Positions 58,043 through 64,000 of a stretch of 64,000 nt of DNA are shown one piece after another (the first letter of the stretch is position 1; every line of letters begins with the position of its first letter). The translations under genes and the position numbers were made by a program. Where the stretch lies: NCBI RefSeq assembly GCF_009914755.1, contig NC_060948.1; one strand, 5' to 3'. A model generated the notes under the pieces. It saw only the letters and a list, made by a program, of their open reading frames with translations, searched no databases and was not told the DNA's origin. This DNA comes from the human T2T-CHM13v2.0 reference genome, Homo sapiens.

Positions 58043-61000
58043 CCTGGAATAAAGTGGAATGCTACGGTCTCGAATGGAATAAAAATGTATGGAATGGAAT
58101 GCAATGAAACGGAATCAAATGTCACAGAATGTAATGGAATGCAAAAAAATGGAATCCAAAATCATTGACTGGAAAGGCTGGGTGTCGAAAGGAATTGACT
58201 CCAATGGAATGGAATCGAATGGAATGGAAGTGAATAGAATCGAACTAAATCGAATGGAATGGAATTGATAGGAACGGAATGGAAAGGAATGCAATGATTT
58301 GGCATGGAATGGAATCGAATGGCATCGAATGGAATGGAATGGAATGCAATGGAATGGAATGTATTAGAATGTAATGAACTTTAATGGAATGTACTCGAAT
58401 GGATTCGACTGGAATGGAATGTTCTGGAAGTGAATGGACTCCAATGGAATGGATTCAAAAGGAATGGAATCGTACGGAATGGAATCTAATGGAATGGAAT
58501 TAAATGGAAATGAATCAAATTGAATAGCACGGAATTGAATTGAATGGAATGGAATGCAATGGAATCTAATGAAACGGAAAGGAAAGGAATGGAATGGAAT
58601 GGAATGGGCTGGAATGGAAAGGAATCGAAACGAATGGAATGGAATCGAAGTGAAGAGACTGGAATGGAATGCACTGGAATGGAAGGGAGTGTAATGGAAG
58701 GTTCTCGAAAAAAATGGAATCGAATGGAATGGAATTGAATGGAACGGAATAGAGTCGAATGGAATTGAATGGAATGGAATGGACTAGAGTGAAATGGAAT
58801 CGAACCACAAGGAATGGACAGGAATAGAATGGTCTCGAATTGAATGGAATCGTATGGAATGGCATCAAACGGAATGGAATGGACAGCCACGGAATGGAAT
58901 GCACTCGAATGCAATGGAGTCGAAACTAATGGACTGGAATAGAATGGACTCGACTGGTACGGACTCCAATGGAATGGAATCGAATGGAAGGGAATCGAAC
59001 GGAATGGAATCGAACGGAATGGACTCGAAGGGAAAAGACTGCAATGGAAAGGTCTCGAATGGAATGGAAATTAATGGAATGGAATGGAATCGAATGAAAT
59101 GGAGTCAAAAGGAATGGAATCGAATGGCAAGAAATCGAATGTAATGGAATCGCCAGGAATTGATGTGAACGGAACGGAATGGAATGGAATCCAAAGGAAT
59201 GGAATAGAATGGAATGGAATCGAATGGAAAGGACTCGAATGGAAATCACTCGAATAGAATGCAATTTAATAAAATAGGATCAAATGTAATGGAATGGAAT
59301 GGAAAGGAATCGAAACGAAAGGAATGGAGACAGATGGAATGGAATGGAACAGAGAGCAATGGTATAGAATGGAATGGAATCATCTGGAATGGAATTGAAT
59401 GGAATGGAATAATATGAAATGGAATGGAATGGAATGGAATGGAATGCCCTTGAATTAAATGGACTGGAATGGAATGGACTCAAACAGAGTGGAATGGAAA
59501 GTGTGGAGATAGAATGGAATGAACTCCTTTGGAATGGTGTAGTATGCAATGCAATCGACTGGCAGGGAATCAAAAGGAATGTAATCGAATGGATTGGACT
59601 GGAATGCAATGGACTCGAATAGATTGGAAACGGAATGCAAAGGAATGGAATGGAATAGTATGGAATGCAATGGAAGGGAATGGAGTGGAATAGACTAGAG
59701 TGGAATGGAATGGACTGGAAAGCAATGGACTGGAATGGAACTTTCTTGGATGGACTGGAATCAAACGGAATGGAATGCAGTGCAATCAAATGGCATGGAA
59801 TAAAATAGAATGAAAGAGAATCAAATGGAATTGAATCGAATGGAATCGAATGGATTGGAAAGGAATAGAATGGAATGGAATGGAATTGACTCAAATGGAA
59901 TGGACTAGAATGGAATGGATTCGAATGGAAGGCAAAGGAATGGAATCTATTGGAATGGACTGTAATTTAATGGAATGGAAGGCATTGGAATGGACTCGAA
60001 TGGAATGGACTGCAATAGAAAGGATTCGAATGGAATGAAAAAGAATTCAATGGAATAGAACAGAATGGAATCAAATCGAATGAAATGGAATGGAATAGAA
60101 AGGAATGGAATGAAATGGAATGGAAAGGATTCGAATGGAATGCAATCGAATGGAATGGAATCGAACGGAATGGAATAAAATGGAAGAAAACTGGCAAGAA
60201 ATGGAATCGAAATGAATGGAGTGTTATGGAACGGACTCAAAAGGAATTGAATGTAATAGAATGGAGTGGAGTGGACTCGAATATAATGGACTGGAATGGA
60301 ATGAAATCACATGGAATGGGAACGAATGGAATGGAATGGAAAGGAATGGAATCGAATGGAAAGGAATCGAATGGAAGGGAATGAAATTGAATCAACACGA
60401 ATGGAAGGGAATAGAATAGACTGTAATGGAATGGACTCGAATAGAATGGACACGAATGCTCAAATTAAATGGACTCGAATGGAATGGAAACGAAAGGAAT
60501 GTCATCGAATGGAATTGAATCGATTGGAATGAAATCGCATAGAATGGAGTGGAATCAAATGGAATTGAATCGAAAGGAAAGGAAGCGAATGGACTGAAAT
60601 GAAATGGAATGGAATTGAATGGAAAGTAATGCAATGGAATAGAATGGAACGAAATTTCACGGAATGGAATCAAACTGAATGGAATCAAATCAATGGAATC
60701 AAATCAAATGGAATGGAAAGGAATTGAATGGAGTAGATGGGATTGGATGGGATTGGAATGAAATGTACTGGAAAGGACTCGAATTTCATGAAACGGAATG
60801 GAATGAATTGGAACGGAATGGACTCGAATGGAATGGAATGTCATGGGATGGCATCAAATGGAATGACATCAAATGGAATGGAATCGAATGCAATGGAATG
60901 CTATGGAATGGAATGGAATGCATTGGAATGGAATGTCCTCTAATGGAATGGATTCGAGTGGAATGGAATTGAATATAATGGAGTCGAATGAAATGGAATT

Positions 61001-61616
61001 GAAAGGAATGGGATCGAATACAATGGAATATACAGGAATGTAACGTAATGAACTCGAATGTAATTGACTGGAATGGAATGTACATGAATGGAATGTAATC
61101 GAATGGAAAGTAATCCAATGGAATAGAATCTAATGCAATAAAATCGACTCAGATAGAGTAGAATGTAATGGAATGGAGTGCAGTGCAATGGAATGGAATG
61201 GAATGGAATGCAATGGAATGGAATGGAATGGAATGGAATGGAATGGAATGGGATGGAATGGTATGGAATGGATAGTAATGGACTGGAGTGAAATGGACTG
61301 GAAAGGAATGGACTCAAATTGAAAGGGCTCGAAAGGAATGGAGTCAAATGGAATGGTCTGGAATGGAATGAACACGAATGTAATGCAACCCAATAGAATG
61401 GAATCGAATGGCATGGAATATAAAGAAATGGAATCGAAGAGAATGGAAACAAATGGAATGGAATTGAATGGAATGGAATTGAATGGAATGGGAACGAATG
61501 GAGTGAAATTGTATGCAGTAGAAGAGAATAGAATGGAATGCAAGCGAAAGGAAAGGAATGGATTGGAATGGAATGGAATTCATTGGAATGGAAGGGAATG
61601 TAGTGTAATGGACAGG
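58043..61616 (+). repeat. DYZ1: DYZ1 unit U17, 3574 bp (extra EcoRI site)
   Basis: HaeIII interval; private variant cluster 59967-60048. Confidence 0.95.
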
Positions 61617-64000
61617 CCTGGAATAAAGTGGAATGCTACGGTCTCGAATGGAATAAAAATGTATGGAATGGAAGGCAATGAAACGGAATCGAATGTCATA
61701 GAATGTAATGGAATGCAAAAAAATGGAATCCAAAATCATTGACTGGAAAGGCTGGGTGTCGAAAGGAATTGACTCCAATGGAATGGAATCGAATGGAATG
61801 GAAGTGAATAGAATCGAACTAAATCGAATGGAATGGAATTGATAGGAACGGAATGGAAAGGAATGCAATGATTTGGCATGGAATGGAATCGAATGGCATC
61901 GAATGGAATGGAATGGAATGCAATGGAATGGAATGTATTAGAATGGAATGAACTTTAATGGAATGTACTCGAATGGATTCGACTGGAATGGAATGTTCTG
62001 GAAGTGAATGGACTCCAATGGAATGGATTCAAAAGGAATGGAATCGTACGGAATGGAATCTAATGGAATGGAATTAAATGGAAATGAATCAAATTGAATA
62101 GCACGGAATTGAATTGAATGGAATGGAATGCAATGGAATCTAATGAAACGGAAAGGAAAGGAATGGAATGGAATGGAATGGGCTGGAATGGAAAGGAATC
62201 GAAACGAATGGAATGGAATCGAAGTGAAGAGACTGGAATGGAATGCACTGGAATGGAAGGGAGTGTAATGGAAGGTTCTCGAAAAAAATGGAATCGAATG
62301 GAATGGAATTGAATGGAACGGAATAGAGTCGAATGGAATTGAATGGAATGGAATGGACTAGAGTGAAATGGAATCGAACCACAAGGAATGGACAGGAATA
62401 GAATGGTCTCGAATTGAATGGAATCGTATGGAATGGCATCAAACGGAATGGAATGGACAGCCACGGAATGGAATGCACTCGAATGCAATGGAGTCGAAAC
62501 TAATGGACTGGAATAGAATGGACTCGACTGGTACGGACTCCAATGGAATGGAATCGAATGGAAGGGAATCGAACGGAATGGAATCGAACGGAATGGACTC
62601 GAAGGGAAAAGACTGCAATGGAAAGGTCTCGAATGGAATGGAAATTAATGGAATGGAATGGAATCGAATGAAATGGAGTCAAAAGGAATGGAATCGAATG
62701 GCAAGAAATCGAATGTAATGGAATCGCCAGGAATTGATGTGAACGGAACGGAATGGAATGGAATCCAAAGGAATGGAATAGAATGGAATGGAATCGAATG
62801 GAAAGGACTCGAATGGAAATCACTCGAATAGAATGCAATTTAATAAAATAGGATCAAATGTAATGGAATGGAATGGAAAGGAATCGAAACGAAAGGAATG
62901 GAGACAGATGGAATGGAATGGAACAGAGAGCAATGGTATAGAATGGAATGGAATCATCTGGAATGGAATTGAATGGAATGGAATAATATGAAATGGAATG
63001 GAATGGAATGGAATGGAATGCCCTTGAATTAAATGGACTGGAATGGAATGGACTCAAACAGAGTGGAATGGAAAGTGTGGAGATAGAATGGAATGAACTC
63101 CTTTGGAATGGTGTAGTATGCAATGCAATCGACTGCAGGGAGTCAAAAGGTATGTAATCGAATGGATTGGACTGGAATGCAAAGGACTCGAATAGATTGG
63201 AAACGGAATGCAAAGGAATGGAATGGAATAGTATGGAATGCAATGGAAGGGAATGCAGTGGAATAGACTAGAGTGGAATGGAATGGACTGGAAAGCAATG
63301 GACTGGAATGGAACTTTCTTGGATGGACTGGAATCAAACGGAATGGAATGCAGTGCAATCAAATGGCATGGAATAAAATAGAATGAAAGAGAATCAAATG
63401 GAATTGAATCGAATGGAATCGAATGGATTGGAAAGGAATAGAATGGAATGGAATGGAATTGACTCAAATGGAATGGACTAGAATGGAATGGATTCGAATG
63501 GAAGGCAAAGGAATGGAATCTATTGGAATGGACTGTAATGGAATGGAATGGAAGGGATTGGAATGGACTCGAATGGAATGGACTGCAATAGAAAGGATTC
63601 GAATGGAATGAAAAAGAATTGAATGGAATAGAACAGAATGGAATCAAATCGAATGAAATGGAATGGAATAGAAAGGAATGGAATGAAATGGAATGGAAAG
63701 GATTCGAATGGAATGCAATCGAATGGAATGGAATCGAACGGAATGGAATAAAATGGAAGAAAACTGGCAAGAAATGGAATCGAAATGAATGGAGTGTTAT
63801 GGAACGGACTCAAAAGGAATTGAATGTAATAGAATGGAGTGGAGTGGACTCGAATATAATGGACTGGAATGGAATGAAATCACATGGAATGGGAACGAAT
63901 GGAATGGAATGGAAAGGAATGGAATCGAATGGAAAGGAATCGAATGGAAGGGAATGAAATTGAATCAACACGAATGGAAGGGAATAGAATAGACTGTAAT
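61617..64000 (+). repeat. DYZ1: DYZ1 unit U18 (partial; 1-bp deletion near 63135)
   Basis: Starts at the HaeIII cut and is truncated by the window end; offset to U17 changes from 3574 to 3573 after ~63135. Confidence 0.93.

Larger units (their letters stand above)
1..64000 (+). repeat. DYZ1: Human Satellite III array, DYZ1 family (Yq12 heterochromatin), ~17.9 tandem units of ~3.58 kb
   Basis: Seen: degenerate (GGAAT)n end to end. The landmark GGACAGGCCTGGAATAAAGTGGA recurs with GGCC at 777, 4356, 7940, 11524, 15113, 18687, 22276, 25865, 29434, 33018, 36602, 40176, 43740, 47324, 50883, 54467, 58041 and 61615 (periods 3559-3589), with EcoRI GAATTC 39 bp upstream (738-743 in the first copy). 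Established: DYZ1 is the ~3.4-3.6 kb HaeIII/EcoRI pentamer repeat of the human Y. From memory, 641-663 and the reverse complement of 772-794 match the classic DYZ1 sexing primers Y1.2/Y1.1. Confidence 0.97.

Noticed and set aside
1-64000. Hundreds of ORFs encoding MEWNG-like (+) and IPFHS-like (-) peptides
   Set aside because: Pure (GGAAT)n and (ATTCC)n contain no stop codons, so open frames are expected. The ORFs recur in every unit in overlapping frames, show no domains, and are freely frameshifted by 5-bp indels. The resemblance to the SCA31 (TGGAA)n pentapeptide product follows from the shared repeat and is not evidence of translation.
1-64000. CRISPR-like repeat/spacer array
   Set aside because: There are no unique spacers and no cas genes; the intervening sequence is itself degenerate pentamer repeated in each unit.
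1-64000. Assignment to HSat2, chr9 HSat3, alpha satellite or telomeric repeat
   Set aside because: The ~3.58-kb period with single HaeIII/EcoRI sites and DYZ1 landmark sequences fits DYZ1. There is no 171-bp monomer or TTAGGG array, and GGAAT runs dominate rather than the HSat2 pattern.
1-64000. Embedded DYZ2/Alu/L1 insertion or inversion junction
   Set aside because: Every inter-landmark distance is 3559-3589 bp and is accounted for by small indels, and GGAAT stays on the + strand throughout.

Overview
The whole 64-kb window is one uninterrupted, single-orientation array of human Satellite III, with (GGAAT)n on the + strand. It is organised as about 17.9 tandem copies of a ~3.56-3.59 kb unit carrying one HaeIII/StuI and one EcoRI site, which identifies it as the Y-chromosome DYZ1 repeat of Yq12 heterochromatin. 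I found no genes, RNA genes, transposons, DYZ2/Alu blocks, inversions or CRISPR arrays. All listed ORFs (MEWNG/IPFHS peptides) are artefacts of the pentamer. The real structure lies in the variation between units: (i) a ~10.75-kb three-unit super-repeat present ~2.3 times; (ii) a five-unit clonal block whose two ends fall in the same ~360-bp sector of the unit; (iii) mosaic units; (iv) indels that almost always keep the pentamer phase; (v) clustered and doublet substitutions; (vi) two perfect heat-shock elements per unit. I see no support for a new gene system. The most promising points concern satellite evolution and transcription-factor platforms. Variants were read by eye and the lists are not exhaustive.
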